A stretch of DNA of 64,000 nt, taken from assembly GCA_030613505.1 (NCBI GenBank), contig JAUWLW010000003.1, forward strand, positions 41,387-105,386, given 5' to 3'. Under the pieces are notes generated by a model. It was not told the origin of the DNA, did no database searches, and worked only from the letters and a program-made list of their open reading frames with translations. Numbering within the stretch: the stretch's first letter is position 1; every line of letters starts with the position of its first letter. This document shows positions 1 through 9,313 of this stretch, one piece after another. The position numbers were made by a program, and so were the translations under genes. Source of the stretch: Candidatus Zixiibacteriota bacterium (lineage in GTDB: Bacteria > RBG-13-66-14 > B26-G2 > WVWN01).

Positions 1-149
1 CGGTCCGTAATTACGACGTCCCAAAATACCTTAAACTGATAACCGAATACGAAGACGGCACCCACCACGAAAAGGACCAGGCAAAAGATATGCAAATCCA
101 GCGGCCGTCGCCGAAACGCGTTTACCACACGCCGGACCGCGAGAACCAC
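1..149 (-). CDS. Hypothetical membrane protein, N-terminal ~49 codons only (gene runs off the left edge)
   Basis: The minus-strand frame is open from GTG 149..147 to the window edge. Translation VVLAVRRVVNAFRRRPLDLHIFCLVLFVVGAVFVFGYQFKVFWDVVITD has a basic stretch followed by one hydrophobic helix. No family recognised. Confidence 0.25.
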   Translation of the reverse strand, partial: MVLAVRRVVNAFRRRPLDLHIFCLVLFVVGAVFVFGYQFKVFWDVVITD

Positions 150-1628
150 TTAGCTCCCCCCTCGCTTCAATTCGCGCAAAACCTCTTCGACCACCCGCTC
201 GACGAGGTCCGGGCCAACGCCGCCGAAAGATTTACGGTCGCCCTCCGCCGCACCGGCAGGACTTAATTCGGCCAGCCCCGCCTCGGCTTCGGCGCGGCCC
301 GCGGCTACCCTCTTAATATGTAGGAGGTGCATCGGCGTTATATTGTCGGACGTAATATTCCCGCCGAGCGTACCGCAGCCGAGCGTCAAGGCGGGCGCCA
401 AGTTGGTAGTCAACCCTATGGCCCCCTGCGACGCCGGCGTATTGACGACGACGCGGAACACCGGCTTGCGGAGGCCGAACTCGCGAATGACTTGCTCGTC
501 GCGCGCGTGGATGGCCAGCGTATGGCCCATGCCGCCGTTGGCCAGAATTTCCAGGCAACGCTCGCACCCATTTACCCAATCCGGGACGTCGTACCACGCG
601 AGCACCGGCGAAATCTTCTCCCAGGAAAACGGCACGTTCCGACCCACGCGGTCCTCGAAACCTATCAGTATCTTCGCGTCGGCCGGCACGTCGATCCCCG
701 CCATCGCCGCGACGCGCGCCGCGGGTTGGCCCACGACGGCGTTATTGAGTTTACCGTTGTCGTCGAGCAACGCGGCGACGGCGCTTTTCTGTTCGTCGTT
801 TAGGAAGACGCAGCCGGCGCGTTCGAATTCCTGGATCGCGGCTGAGCGAACCGGCGCGTCGCATACCACCGCCTGCTCCGACGAGCAGAACACGCCGTTG
901 TCGAAGGTCTTCGACTCGACTATGCACGATACGGCGTGGGCGACGTCGGCGCTGCGGTCGACGTACGCCGGTACGTTACCCGGGCCGACGCCGTAGGCAG
1001 GCTTCCCGGAAGAATAGGCCGCCCGCACCATCGCCATCCCGCCGGTCGCGAGTATCAAATCTACGTCGGGATGGCTCATTATCTCGCGCGCCGCTTCCGC
1101 CGTAGGTTGCGTTAAACAACCTACGACCCCCTCCGGGGCGCCGGCCGAAACCGCGGCCTGGGCCATCAGGCGCGCCGCCTCCAAGGAGCAGTTGAGCGCC
1201 CCCGGGTGCGGCGAGAAGACAACGGCGTTGCGCGCCTTCAGCGAGATGAGGGCTTTATAGATAACGGTCGAGGTCGGGTTCGTGACGGGCGCCACGCCGG
1301 CTATGACGCCTACCGGAACGGCGATTTGGACGATGCCTCGAGCTGGGTCTTCGGCAATAACGTCGCAAGTCTTTAAATCTTTTATATATAGGTAAACGTC
1401 GCGCGCGGCGAAGAGGTTCTTCTGCACCTTATGCTCGACGACGCCGAAGCCGGTTTCCTCCGCCGCCATACGCGCAAGGTTCTCGGCGGCGCCCTCCGCG
1501 GCGCAGGCCATAGCCGCGACGACGCGGTCGACCGCGGCCTGGTCGAACGTGGCGAACGCCGCCGCCGCCCGCCTGCCGGCCTTAATCTTGTCGCGCGCCT
1601 CCTGAACCGATTCCAAGTCCCGGTCCAC
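150..1628 (-). CDS. CoA-acylating (acetylating) aldehyde dehydrogenase, EutE/PduP-like
   Basis: 492-aa ORF with an aldehyde-dehydrogenase layout. Catalytic-Cys context FDNGVFCSSEQ; glycine motifs ATGGMAMV and GVGPGN; length and order match acylating AldDHs. It has a ~50-aa C-terminal tail (see findings). Confidence 0.85.
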   Translation of the reverse strand: MDRDLESVQEARDKIKAGRRAAAAFATFDQAAVDRVVAAMACAAEGAAENLARMAAEETGFGVVEHKVQKNLFAARDVYLYIKDLKTCDVIAEDPARGIVQIAVPVGVIAGVAPVTNPTSTVIYKALISLKARNAVVFSPHPGALNCSLEAARLMAQAAVSAGAPEGVVGCLTQPTAEAAREIMSHPDVDLILATGGMAMVRAAYSSGKPAYGVGPGNVPAYVDRSADVAHAVSCIVESKTFDNGVFCSSEQAVVCDAPVRSAAIQEFERAGCVFLNDEQKSAVAALLDDNGKLNNAVVGQPAARVAAMAGIDVPADAKILIGFEDRVGRNVPFSWEKISPVLAWYDVPDWVNGCERCLEILANGGMGHTLAIHARDEQVIREFGLRKPVFRVVVNTPASQGAIGLTTNLAPALTLGCGTLGGNITSDNITPMHLLHIKRVAAGRAEAEAGLAELSPAGAAEGDRKSFGGVGPDLVERVVEEVLRELKRGGS

Positions 1629-2543
1629 TTATTTCGCCCCGGCTCTCCCGCCTTTGGAGCCTTCTTCGCCCAAGGCCATATCTACCGCTTCTTCGCGTAT
1701 GCGTTCCGGGTGGCGCTCGATGTCGGCGGCCGCCTCGAGGTCCGTACCGATACTATTCGCCGTCTCCCGCCACAGCACGACCTTCGCCCGGTCGCGCAAC
1801 ACCTCCATGCCGATGCCTTCGGGCTTAAGGTAATCGCCGGCCTCGACGCGGTCTTCCAATTTGATTATAACGTAGAAATCGGCGAGTTTGAAAGGCCCTG
1901 CGATTCCTCCCACTTTCGTCTTCGCTACGACGGCGCGGTACGCCGGGCTCACGTCCTCCAGGCGCCGGTAACCCAGGCTCCCCGCCTCCAACTTCTCCGG
2001 CGTGACCGATTTGCTGCTCGCGACGCCGACGAAGTCTTCGCCGCCCTCAAGGCGCCGCATCACCTCGTCGACGCTCTCTTTAGAATTTAATAGTATGCGC
2101 CGCAGCCAGACGCCGGTGGTCCTGGCACGGTACTTTTCGTCCTTGTTCTCTTCGTACCACTTAAGCGCTTCCTCGTCGCTCACGTCGGCGTACTTTTCGT
2201 AGACTTCCAGCTCCCAAAAGCGCTGTATAACTATACCCTTGCCGCTATTGTGCAGACGCCACGCGCACTCTTTTTCCTTGTCGACCTCTTCCTCGAGAGC
2301 CTGTTGGTATAGCACTTCGCTCCGTATCCATTCCTCCATCAGCTCTTCCTTCGTAAGGTACTGGGGCATCTTAACCTTACGTTGGTCGACGTCGAGGCGG
2401 TCGAGGTCGTCGGCCGTGAGGACGGCGTCCCCCACGCGAGCGACCACTTCCGATTCGTCGGCCGGGGGTCCCCCCGTGCACGCGAGGAGAATGCCTAACG
2501 AAAACGCCAAGGCTACCGAAACTACGATAACTTCTTTTCTCAT
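1629..2543 (-). CDS. Parvulin-type peptidyl-prolyl isomerase lipoprotein (SurA/PrsA-like)
   Basis: Start moved from 2606 to ATG 2543; AAGGA lies upstream and this removes the overlap with the ligase gene. MRKEVIVVSVALAFSLGILLAC is a lipoprotein signal with lipobox LLAC. The C-terminal segment GSLGYRRLEDVSPAYRAVV...GPFKLADFYVIIKLEDR looks like a rotamase domain. Confidence 0.7.
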   Translation of the reverse strand: MRKEVIVVSVALAFSLGILLACTGGPPADESEVVARVGDAVLTADDLDRLDVDQRKVKMPQYLTKEELMEEWIRSEVLYQQALEEEVDKEKECAWRLHNSGKGIVIQRFWELEVYEKYADVSDEEALKWYEENKDEKYRARTTGVWLRRILLNSKESVDEVMRRLEGGEDFVGVASSKSVTPEKLEAGSLGYRRLEDVSPAYRAVVAKTKVGGIAGPFKLADFYVIIKLEDRVEAGDYLKPEGIGMEVLRDRAKVVLWRETANSIGTDLEAAADIERHPERIREEAVDMALGEEGSKGGRAGAK

Positions 2544-2544
2544 A

Positions 2545-3243
2545 TTATTCCTTAATGCAACGAACGTTAGCTTCTTCGCGCGTGCGGCCGAGGCCAACGC
2601 CCGCACAAACCGGTTTCATACCTGTCGCGGCGGCCAGCGCCCGGGCGAACTCCGCCAAGGCGACCGGCCGTCCCAAAAGCTCCGCCAACGTCGCCGTCCG
2701 TTCATCGTCCCAAAGGCCCAGCGTGCGTAATATTTCCGGGGGCGGCGCCGCGGCGACCGAGCCGTGGTGAAGGACCACGTCTTTGAAACGCCGTTGGGCA
2801 CAACCGACGACCTTCCGGCCGCGGAAGTGTATGTCGTACGGCGCAAGAGAAGCGAAACACCGATCGGCCCGCCCGGTAGGCCCGCCCCGCCATACCGCAC
2901 CCGCTACGCCCAGCTCCCCAAGCGCCGCCGCAACCGCGGCGACGATGTCTTCGTAGTTATCGAAGCCCCGTCGCCGCTCGCGCACTACGCAATACGTAAA
3001 ATCGGCGCCGTGCGGTACTAGGCCGCCGCCGCTGACCCGCGGAACGACCGCCACGCCGTCCCACCGCGGCGCCCTCTGGCCGCGGCCGTACGTCACCGCC
3101 GCCTCGCGCCATTCATACAGCCGCCACGTGGGAGGCGCCTCACCCGCGCGGTACGCCGCCAGCAGCGCTTCGTCGCGGGCCATATTCTCGCGGGCCCCGC
3201 CCGGGCCCTCCACCAACAACTCGTAACCGCGCCAATCGGTCAC
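2545..3243 (-). CDS. Lipoate-protein ligase / octanoyltransferase family protein (BPL/LPL catalytic domain)
   Basis: GRKVVGCAQRRFKDVVLHHGSV matches the LplA/LipM-type lysine-containing motif. It lies immediately downstream of the glycine-cleavage genes, whose H protein needs lipoylation. Confidence 0.7.
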   Translation of the reverse strand: MTDWRGYELLVEGPGGARENMARDEALLAAYRAGEAPPTWRLYEWREAAVTYGRGQRAPRWDGVAVVPRVSGGGLVPHGADFTYCVVRERRRGFDNYEDIVAAVAAALGELGVAGAVWRGGPTGRADRCFASLAPYDIHFRGRKVVGCAQRRFKDVVLHHGSVAAAPPPEILRTLGLWDDERTATLAELLGRPVALAEFARALAAATGMKPVCAGVGLGRTREEANVRCIKE

Positions 3244-3250
3244 CGGCGTT

Positions 3251-4711
3251 TTACGTCCCCCCCTCCTCGGCCATCATTTGGGTCAGTATCGGGTTACGGG
3301 CCGCGGCCGCTTCGTCGAGGCGTCGCACCGGCGCATTCAAGGGCGCGTCGGCGTACGCATGCCCGTCGGCCGTCAAGTCGGTTACAATTCTCTCGAGCGC
3401 CGCGGCGAACTCATCCAACGTCTCCTTGGTTTCCGTCTCCGTCGGCTCTATCATCAGCGCCTCCGGAACAACCAACGGAAAATACGTCGTCGGCGGGTGG
3501 AAACCAACGTCGATTAACCCCTTGTCTATGTCGCCGGCCGAGCCGCGGCCGAACTTAGCCGAGGAGGCCACGAACTCGTGCATGCACGGCGCCGTTCCGG
3601 CCACCTCGATAAACCTCGCTACCTTCGCGCGGAGGTAGTTCGCGTTCAGGACCGCAGCTCCGGAAACGTCGCGTAGGCCGGCGGCGCCGAGGTGACGTAT
3701 ATACGCGTACGCCCTCACAAGAACGCCGAAGTTTCCCGTGAAAGAACGGATTTGGCCTATGGAGTCCGGCGCGCCGTAATCGAGCTCGTACTTACGTCGT
3801 TTTTTAACGACCCGCGGCACCGGTAGGAAATCCACAAGCTTATCGCAAACGCCAACCGGGCCCGCGCCCGGGCCGCCGCCGCCGTGAGGGGTCGAGAAGG
3901 TCTTGTGAAGGTTGACGTGGCACACGTCGAACCCCATATCGCCGGGCCGCGCGCGACCTACGACGGCGTTGAGGTTGGCGCCGTCGTAGTACAGCAGGCC
4001 GCCGACACCGTGCACGGCGTCCGCTACCTTCAAGATGTCCGGTTCGAACAACCCCAGCGTATTGGGGTTGGTTATCATCATGCCGACGACGCTTTCGTCC
4101 AGCTTAGTTCTGAGATCGTCGAGGTCTATTACGCCGTCCGCGCTCGACGCTACCGCTACGACGTCGAAGCCCGCCATCCTGGCCGAAGCCGGGTTCGTGC
4201 CGTGCGCGGAGTCCGGTATCAGCATAACGTTGCGCCCGTCGTCGCCCCGTTTGCGGTGGTACGCACGCGTCAGCAACATCCCCACCAATTCGCCGTGGGC
4301 GCCCGCCGCCGGCGCGAGCGTGAACGCGCTCATCCCGCATATCTCGACGAGGTAGCGCTCGAGTTCGTCGATAAGTTGCAGCGCGCCTTGCACGTCCCGA
4401 GCCGGCGCGTACGGGTGAAGCGCGGCGAACCCGGGGAGCGCCGCGGCATCCTCGTTTACCTTCGGGTTGTACTTCATCGTACACGAGCCGAGCGGATAGA
4501 AGCCGGTGTCGACGCCGAAGTTCATCGCGGCCAGCCGCGTATAGTGGCGCACGACTTCCGGCGTGGCTACGTCGCGCATCGGCCCGAAGTCGTCTCGCAC
4601 GAATTCTTCGGCGTAGAACGCCGCGAGGTCAACCTCGGGGGTATCCGCGGCGCCGGCTTCGAAACCCCGACCGGGCGGTATTTCGAATATGTTTCGGTAT
4701 TCGTAGTTCAT
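3251..4711 (-). CDS. gcvPB: Glycine dehydrogenase (decarboxylating) subunit 2
   Basis: PLP-lysine context NLHKTFSTPHGGGGPG, plus typical N- and C-terminal P-protein beta-subunit sequence. Start placed at ATG 4711 (GGAG 7 nt upstream) rather than GTG 4723. Confidence 0.9.
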   Translation of the reverse strand: MNYEYRNIFEIPPGRGFEAGAADTPEVDLAAFYAEEFVRDDFGPMRDVATPEVVRHYTRLAAMNFGVDTGFYPLGSCTMKYNPKVNEDAAALPGFAALHPYAPARDVQGALQLIDELERYLVEICGMSAFTLAPAAGAHGELVGMLLTRAYHRKRGDDGRNVMLIPDSAHGTNPASARMAGFDVVAVASSADGVIDLDDLRTKLDESVVGMMITNPNTLGLFEPDILKVADAVHGVGGLLYYDGANLNAVVGRARPGDMGFDVCHVNLHKTFSTPHGGGGPGAGPVGVCDKLVDFLPVPRVVKKRRKYELDYGAPDSIGQIRSFTGNFGVLVRAYAYIRHLGAAGLRDVSGAAVLNANYLRAKVARFIEVAGTAPCMHEFVASSAKFGRGSAGDIDKGLIDVGFHPPTTYFPLVVPEALMIEPTETETKETLDEFAAALERIVTDLTADGHAYADAPLNAPVRRLDEAAAARNPILTQMMAEEGGT

Positions 4712-4997
4712 GAACTGCTCCACAAAGAACGGTTAGAGCCAACGGCCGAATACCGCCTACGCGAACAGGCCGGCAAGCGGCGGTACTATTAACGTCGAGA
4801 GGCACCGCGCGATGGCGAAAGCGATAACCAAGAGCGCCAGCGTACTAAGAAAGGTCTTGCCGCCGAAGGTAAGCCCCTTCTGTAGCGACCCGCCGCCCTG
4901 TCATATCGCGACTGTTATGAGCGCCGCGAGGATTACCGCCATCGCTATGGTCGCGTTTCTCACTTTTTAAATACGATCTCCGCGCCGGTTACGTTTA

Positions 4998-6350
4998 TTA
5001 AGCCAACGCGAGCACGTCGCACAACCGATCGACATCCGCCTTCGTCTTCGTCTCCGTAACCGTTACGAGCAGGCAATCGTCGTACTCCGGGTAGAAGCGG
5101 CCGAGCGGTAGCCCCGGGTCGACGCCTTTCTTCAAACAGGCCGCGCGGATTTCCTCGGCGGCCTTCGGGCACCGGAGCACGAACTCGTTAAAGGTCGGCT
5201 CGTCGAAGACCATTTCGTAACCGTCCAACCCGGTGGCGCGGTATTGAGCGTATGCCGCGTTCTGGACGTTCTGGCGCGCGAGCGCGGCGAGGCCGGAACG
5301 TCCAACGAGCGAGAGGTAGATCGTAAATATCGTCGCCGCCAACGCGTGGTTGGTGCAAATATTCGACGTCGCTTTTTCGCGGCGTATGTGCTGTTCGCGG
5401 GTTTGTAGCGTCAGGACGTACCCGGGCTTGCCCTCCACATCCGCCGTCTTGCCGACAAGGCGCCCGGGCATCTGGCGCAAGAATTCCCGGCGGGTAGTGA
5501 AGAAGCCGACGCCCGGGCCGCCGAAAGAGGGCGCCAAGCCGAAGCTCTGCCCCTCGCCCACGACGACGTCGGCGCCGAACTTGCCGGGCGGCGAAAGCGC
5601 CGCCAACGCCATCGGCTCCGCCACGGCCACGACGAGGAGTGCCCCCTCGCGGTGGCAAACGTCGCCTATTTCCGCCAGCTTCGTTTCCACCAATCCGAAG
5701 AAGTTCGGATACTGCATTACGAAGCAAGCGCTGTCGCCGAGCGACCCGGTCAGCCGGTTGAGGTCCACCGTGCCTCCGGGTTCGTAAGGCGCACAACACG
5801 GTAACGTCGCCGCCTCGACGCCGGGGATATTGGCCATATACGTTTCGACTACGCGCCGGTACTCCGGGTGCAAGTTGGGGGCTAAGACTACGCGCGAGCG
5901 TCCTTTCCTCAGTCGCAAGCACATAAGCGCCGCTTCCGCGGCCGCGGTCGCACCGTCGTACATCGACGCGTTGGCGACTTCCATCCCGGCGAGGGCCGCG
6001 ACGTACGTCTGAAATTCGAAAATGACCGCCAGCGTACCCTGGCTGACCTCTGGCTGGTACGGCGTGTAGGCGGTGTAGAATTGACTCTGACCGGCGAGGT
6101 GCCGCACCGCCGCCGGGACGAAGTGATCGTAGCAACCGGCGCCGAGGAACGAGAGTCGGTCGGTGCGGTTCACGTCGGCGAGCGCCGCCATATGGCGGAC
6201 GAGCGCCGGCTCAGCCAAAGGCTGCGGCAAGTCGAAGTCGGCCTGCAGAAGCTCGTCGGGCAACGGCCCGAAAAGCTCGTCAACGGCGCCGACGCCGATT
6301 TCTTCGAGCATCCCCTTTACGGTCTCGTCGTCGTGGGGAACGTACGGCAT
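4998..6350 (-). CDS. gcvPA: Glycine dehydrogenase (decarboxylating) subunit 1
   Basis: 450-aa ORF starting MPYVPHDDETVKGMLEEIGV, with TPYQPEVSQGTL and ATSNICTN motifs typical of the P-protein alpha subunit. Sits in gcv context. Confidence 0.9.
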   Translation of the reverse strand: MPYVPHDDETVKGMLEEIGVGAVDELFGPLPDELLQADFDLPQPLAEPALVRHMAALADVNRTDRLSFLGAGCYDHFVPAAVRHLAGQSQFYTAYTPYQPEVSQGTLAVIFEFQTYVAALAGMEVANASMYDGATAAAEAALMCLRLRKGRSRVVLAPNLHPEYRRVVETYMANIPGVEAATLPCCAPYEPGGTVDLNRLTGSLGDSACFVMQYPNFFGLVETKLAEIGDVCHREGALLVVAVAEPMALAALSPPGKFGADVVVGEGQSFGLAPSFGGPGVGFFTTRREFLRQMPGRLVGKTADVEGKPGYVLTLQTREQHIRREKATSNICTNHALAATIFTIYLSLVGRSGLAALARQNVQNAAYAQYRATGLDGYEMVFDEPTFNEFVLRCPKAAEEIRAACLKKGVDPGLPLGRFYPEYDDCLLVTVTETKTKADVDRLCDVLALA

Positions 6351-6386
6351 TAACGTCCTCCTCCAACGGGTTCCTCCATCCGGCCG

Positions 6387-6416
6387 TTAAATAAAACGAG
6401 GGGCCGCAACCCCTCG
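6387..6416 (-). terminator. Rho-independent terminator/attenuator between gcvH and gcvPA
   Basis: On the minus strand a 7-bp GC stem (CGAGGGG/CCCCTCG, 6397-6403 with 6410-6416) and a 6-nt loop are followed by TTTTATTT. Confidence 0.45.
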
Positions 6417-6471
6417 CCGGCGAGGAAGCGCGACCAGCCTACGGCCGGCCGGCGCGGCGCGCCACAAATCA

Positions 6472-6849
6472 TTATGCTCCGATGAATTCTTTATATTCCG
6501 CCGCGGTTTTGAGGTTTTCAACTTCCGAGGGGTCTTTTAACTCGACCTTTACGAGCCAACCTTCGCCATAACAATCGCGGTTGACCAGGGCGGGGTCCTG
6601 GGTCGCGGCGTCGTTTACTGCGACGACCTTCCCGGAAAGGGGAGCGTAAAGGTCCGACGCCGCCTTCACGGATTCCACGACGCCGAATTCACTACCGGCC
6701 GTTACCTCGGCGCCGACTCCCGGTAATTCCAAATACACGATGTCGCCCAGTTCCGACTGGGCGTGGTCCGTAAGGCCCAGCGTAGCGACTTTGCCGTCGA
6801 TCTTTATCCACTCATGCGTCTCGCTGTAATTCAGTTCCTCCGGGTTCAC
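6472..6849 (-). CDS. gcvH: Glycine cleavage system H protein
   Basis: 125 aa with the lipoyl-lysine motif ESVKAASDLYAPLSG. Confidence 0.92.
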   Translation of the reverse strand: MNPEELNYSETHEWIKIDGKVATLGLTDHAQSELGDIVYLELPGVGAEVTAGSEFGVVESVKAASDLYAPLSGKVVAVNDAATQDPALVNRDCYGEGWLVKVELKDPSEVENLKTAAEYKEFIGA

Positions 6850-6875
6850 CCACGGCTCCTTTCCGGCAGCGGTTT

Positions 6876-7985
6876 TTACCTCCCGCCGATTAGCTTCAAA
6901 AAAGGCGTTTCTACGACGCGCGCCAAGCGCGGCTTTTTACGGACGTCGACGAGTATCTCGGTACCGACGTCGTCGTAGGGCAAGTCTAGGTACCCCAAAC
7001 CGATGTTCTCGCGCAGGCTGGGGGAATACGACCCGGACGTAACGCGGCCGATGCTTTTTTCATCCGCGTCTATGATGGCGTAATCGTGGCGCGGAATGCC
7101 CGCGTCCACCATAACGAAACCGGCCAGCTTCCGCTTGACGCCGTCTTTTTTCTGTTCGCCCAGGGCGTCCTTGCCTATGAAATCGCCCTTATCGAACTTG
7201 ACGGTCCAGCCTATACCCGCTTCGAGCGGCGACGTTCCCTCGTCGATGTCGTTGCCGTAAAGGCAGTACTTCATCTCGAGCCGGAGGGTATCGCGCGCGC
7301 CCAGGCCGACCGGAACGCCCCCAATCCCGGCGGTGAGGTCGAAGAGCGCGTCCCACACTGCGCCGGCGCTCGCCGCGTCCACGTACACTTCGAAGCCGTC
7401 CTCGCCGGTGTAACCCGTCCGAGAGACGCGGACCGGTATATCGTCGATGACGGAATATTCAAACTGGTAGTAACGGAGTTCGCTTAAATCCTCGGCCACA
7501 GCTTCCGCCATTATCGCTTCCGACTGCGGCCCCTGTATCGCTATCAGCGCCGTTTGGAGCGATTTATCTTCGACCTTCAAGCTCTTGGGGAGGTGGCTTA
7601 CGACCCAGCCGTAATCCTTTTCGACGTTAGAGGCGTTCACGACCAGCATGAACGTCTCGTCCTCGTCGCGGTATACCAGGATATCGTCTACTATGCCGCC
7701 CTGGGGAGTGCAGATGGGGGTATATAACGCCTTTCCGATGCCCAATTTCCCGACGTTGTTCGAGACGAGTTTGTCTAACGCCGAGGGTACGCCCTTGCCG
7801 GAGACGTAGAACTCACCCATGTGACTCAGGTCGAAGATGCCGGCGTTTTCGCGTACCGTAACGTGCTCGTCGATAATGCCCGAGTATTGCACCGGCATAA
7901 CGAACCCGGCGAACTCGACCATTTTGGCGCCGAGCGACACGTGTCTGTCGTAAAGGGGGGGCTTGATCGCCTTCGCCATAGACAT
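6876..7985 (-). CDS. gcvT: Aminomethyltransferase (glycine cleavage T protein)
   Basis: T-protein sequence runs from MSMAKAIKPPLYDRHVSLGAKMVEFAGFVMPVQY. Start set to ATG 7985 (AAGGGG upstream). The ORF-track extension to 8117 overlaps the aminotransferase gene and is Arg-rich noise. Confidence 0.9.
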   Translation of the reverse strand: MSMAKAIKPPLYDRHVSLGAKMVEFAGFVMPVQYSGIIDEHVTVRENAGIFDLSHMGEFYVSGKGVPSALDKLVSNNVGKLGIGKALYTPICTPQGGIVDDILVYRDEDETFMLVVNASNVEKDYGWVVSHLPKSLKVEDKSLQTALIAIQGPQSEAIMAEAVAEDLSELRYYQFEYSVIDDIPVRVSRTGYTGEDGFEVYVDAASAGAVWDALFDLTAGIGGVPVGLGARDTLRLEMKYCLYGNDIDEGTSPLEAGIGWTVKFDKGDFIGKDALGEQKKDGVKRKLAGFVMVDAGIPRHDYAIIDADEKSIGRVTSGSYSPSLRENIGLGYLDLPYDDVGTEILVDVRKKPRLARVVETPFLKLIGGR

Positions 7986-7993
7986 ACCGCCCC

Positions 7994-9157
7994 TTACAAC
8001 GACTTTAGCGCTTCGGCCATGCGTCCTATCGCCTTCTCGATATTTTCCACGGAGTTGGCGTACGAGAACCTGATATAACCTTTGCCGTACTCGCCAAAGG
8101 AAGTGCCCGCCAGACACGCTACGCCGGCCTCATTGAGGAAGTAATCCGCGAGCCACTTCTCGTCCTTGCCGGTTCCCGTAATATTGGGGAATACGTAGAA
8201 CGCGCCCTTGGGCTTCAAGCACGTAATGCCCGGGAGTGAGTTAAGGCCGTTGACGATGACGTCGCGCCGCTCGCGGAAGGCCTCGACCATTTTCGCGGCC
8301 TCCTCTTGGGGGCCGGTTAAAGCCTCCATTCCCGCGACTTGCGAGAACGAACACGTGCAGGAGTTCGAATTGGTCATGAGGCGCGTAATGTGCGGCGCGA
8401 GGTCGGCCGGCATCGCTCCCCAGCCGAGACGCCACCCCGTCATGGCGTACGTCTTGGAGTAGCCGTCGATGATGACCGTTCGTTCCTTCATCCCGGGGAA
8501 GCTGGCTACCGAACGGTGATCGCCCTCGTAGAGGGTGCGGCCGTATACCTCGTCGGAGAGAACTATCAGGTCGTGCTTCACGGCGAGTTCTACGATAGCC
8601 CCTAGGTCTTCCTTCGTCAACACGCCGCCGGTAGGGTTTTGCGGCGAGTTGACGACGATCATCCGCGTCTTATCGGTGATGAGCGACGCCAGCTCGTTCA
8701 CGTCGAGGCGGAAGTCGAGCTCCTCGCGCAAACGTACCGGCACCGCTTTGGCGCCAATATAATTAATCATGGATTCGTAGATGGGGAACCCGGGGTTGGG
8801 GTATATTACCTCGTCGCCTTCCTCGACGCAGGCCAAGATCGTAAAGAACATTATCGGTTTGGCGCCTGGCACTACGACTATTTCGTCCGGCGAGTAGTCG
8901 AGGTCCCAATATTGCTTCATATACTTGGAGATGGTCTCGCGGTGCTCGGGCAAACCGGAGCTGGGGCCGTAATGGGTCCAACCCTGGTCAAGGGCTTTCT
9001 TCGCCTCCTCCCGGATGTTTACCGGCGTGTCGAAGTCCGGTTCGCCGATCTCAAGATGGACGATGTCGCGCCCATCGCACTCGAGCTTTTTCGCTTTGGC
9101 CAAAACTTCGAAAGCCGTCTCGGTACCGAGCCGGCCCATGCGTTTAGCGATGTACAT
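7994..9157 (-). CDS. Class I/II PLP-dependent aminotransferase (aspartate aminotransferase-like)
   Basis: PLP-lysine motif SKTYAMTGWRLGW and NPQNPTG. ATG 9157 is preferred over GTG 9160 (AGGAGA 5 nt upstream). Confidence 0.85.
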   Translation of the reverse strand: MYIAKRMGRLGTETAFEVLAKAKKLECDGRDIVHLEIGEPDFDTPVNIREEAKKALDQGWTHYGPSSGLPEHRETISKYMKQYWDLDYSPDEIVVVPGAKPIMFFTILACVEEGDEVIYPNPGFPIYESMINYIGAKAVPVRLREELDFRLDVNELASLITDKTRMIVVNSPQNPTGGVLTKEDLGAIVELAVKHDLIVLSDEVYGRTLYEGDHRSVASFPGMKERTVIIDGYSKTYAMTGWRLGWGAMPADLAPHITRLMTNSNSCTCSFSQVAGMEALTGPQEEAAKMVEAFRERRDVIVNGLNSLPGITCLKPKGAFYVFPNITGTGKDEKWLADYFLNEAGVACLAGTSFGEYGKGYIRFSYANSVENIEKAIGRMAEALKSL

Positions 9158-9230
9158 CACGCTCTCCTATCGGCTAATGAACGTAAAACGTAATGAACCC
9201 AAGGGTAAATTGCGCTTCGGCTTGAGGTCG

Positions 9231-9259
9231 AAGCTATCACACCGCACCTAGAAAGTCAA
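9231..9259 (-). promoter_or_regulatory. Candidate sigma70-type promoter for the aminotransferase-gcv operon
   Basis: On the minus strand: TTGACT (9259..9254), 17-nt spacer, TAGCTT (9236..9231). Confidence 0.3.
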
Positions 9260-9313
9260 GATTGATTTTGGAAACAGGCCGCGTAGTGCCCAAAAGAACC
9301 GCCCCAACCCCGC

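Noticed and set aside
4901-4903. Genome-wide UGA reassignment (Gly/Trp) or selenocysteine as an explanation for the in-frame TGA in the gcvPA-gcvPB spacer ORF
   Set aside because: TGA closes ordinary genes here (for example the HIT gene and the lysS fragment). prfB uses UGA as its regulatory stop, and RF2 itself is encoded. No SECIS-like hairpin is obvious downstream.
7986-8117. N-terminal extension of gcvT in the ORF track
   Set aside because: It overlaps the 3' end of the aminotransferase gene. T-protein homology begins only at MSMAKAIKPPLY (ATG 7985), which has its own RBS.
9161-9313. Glycine riboswitch upstream of the aminotransferase-gcvT operon
   Set aside because: Neither strand contains the conserved CUCUGGAGAG / ACCGAAGGGGCAA-type cores. 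The region is only ~150 nt and is better explained by a simple promoter.
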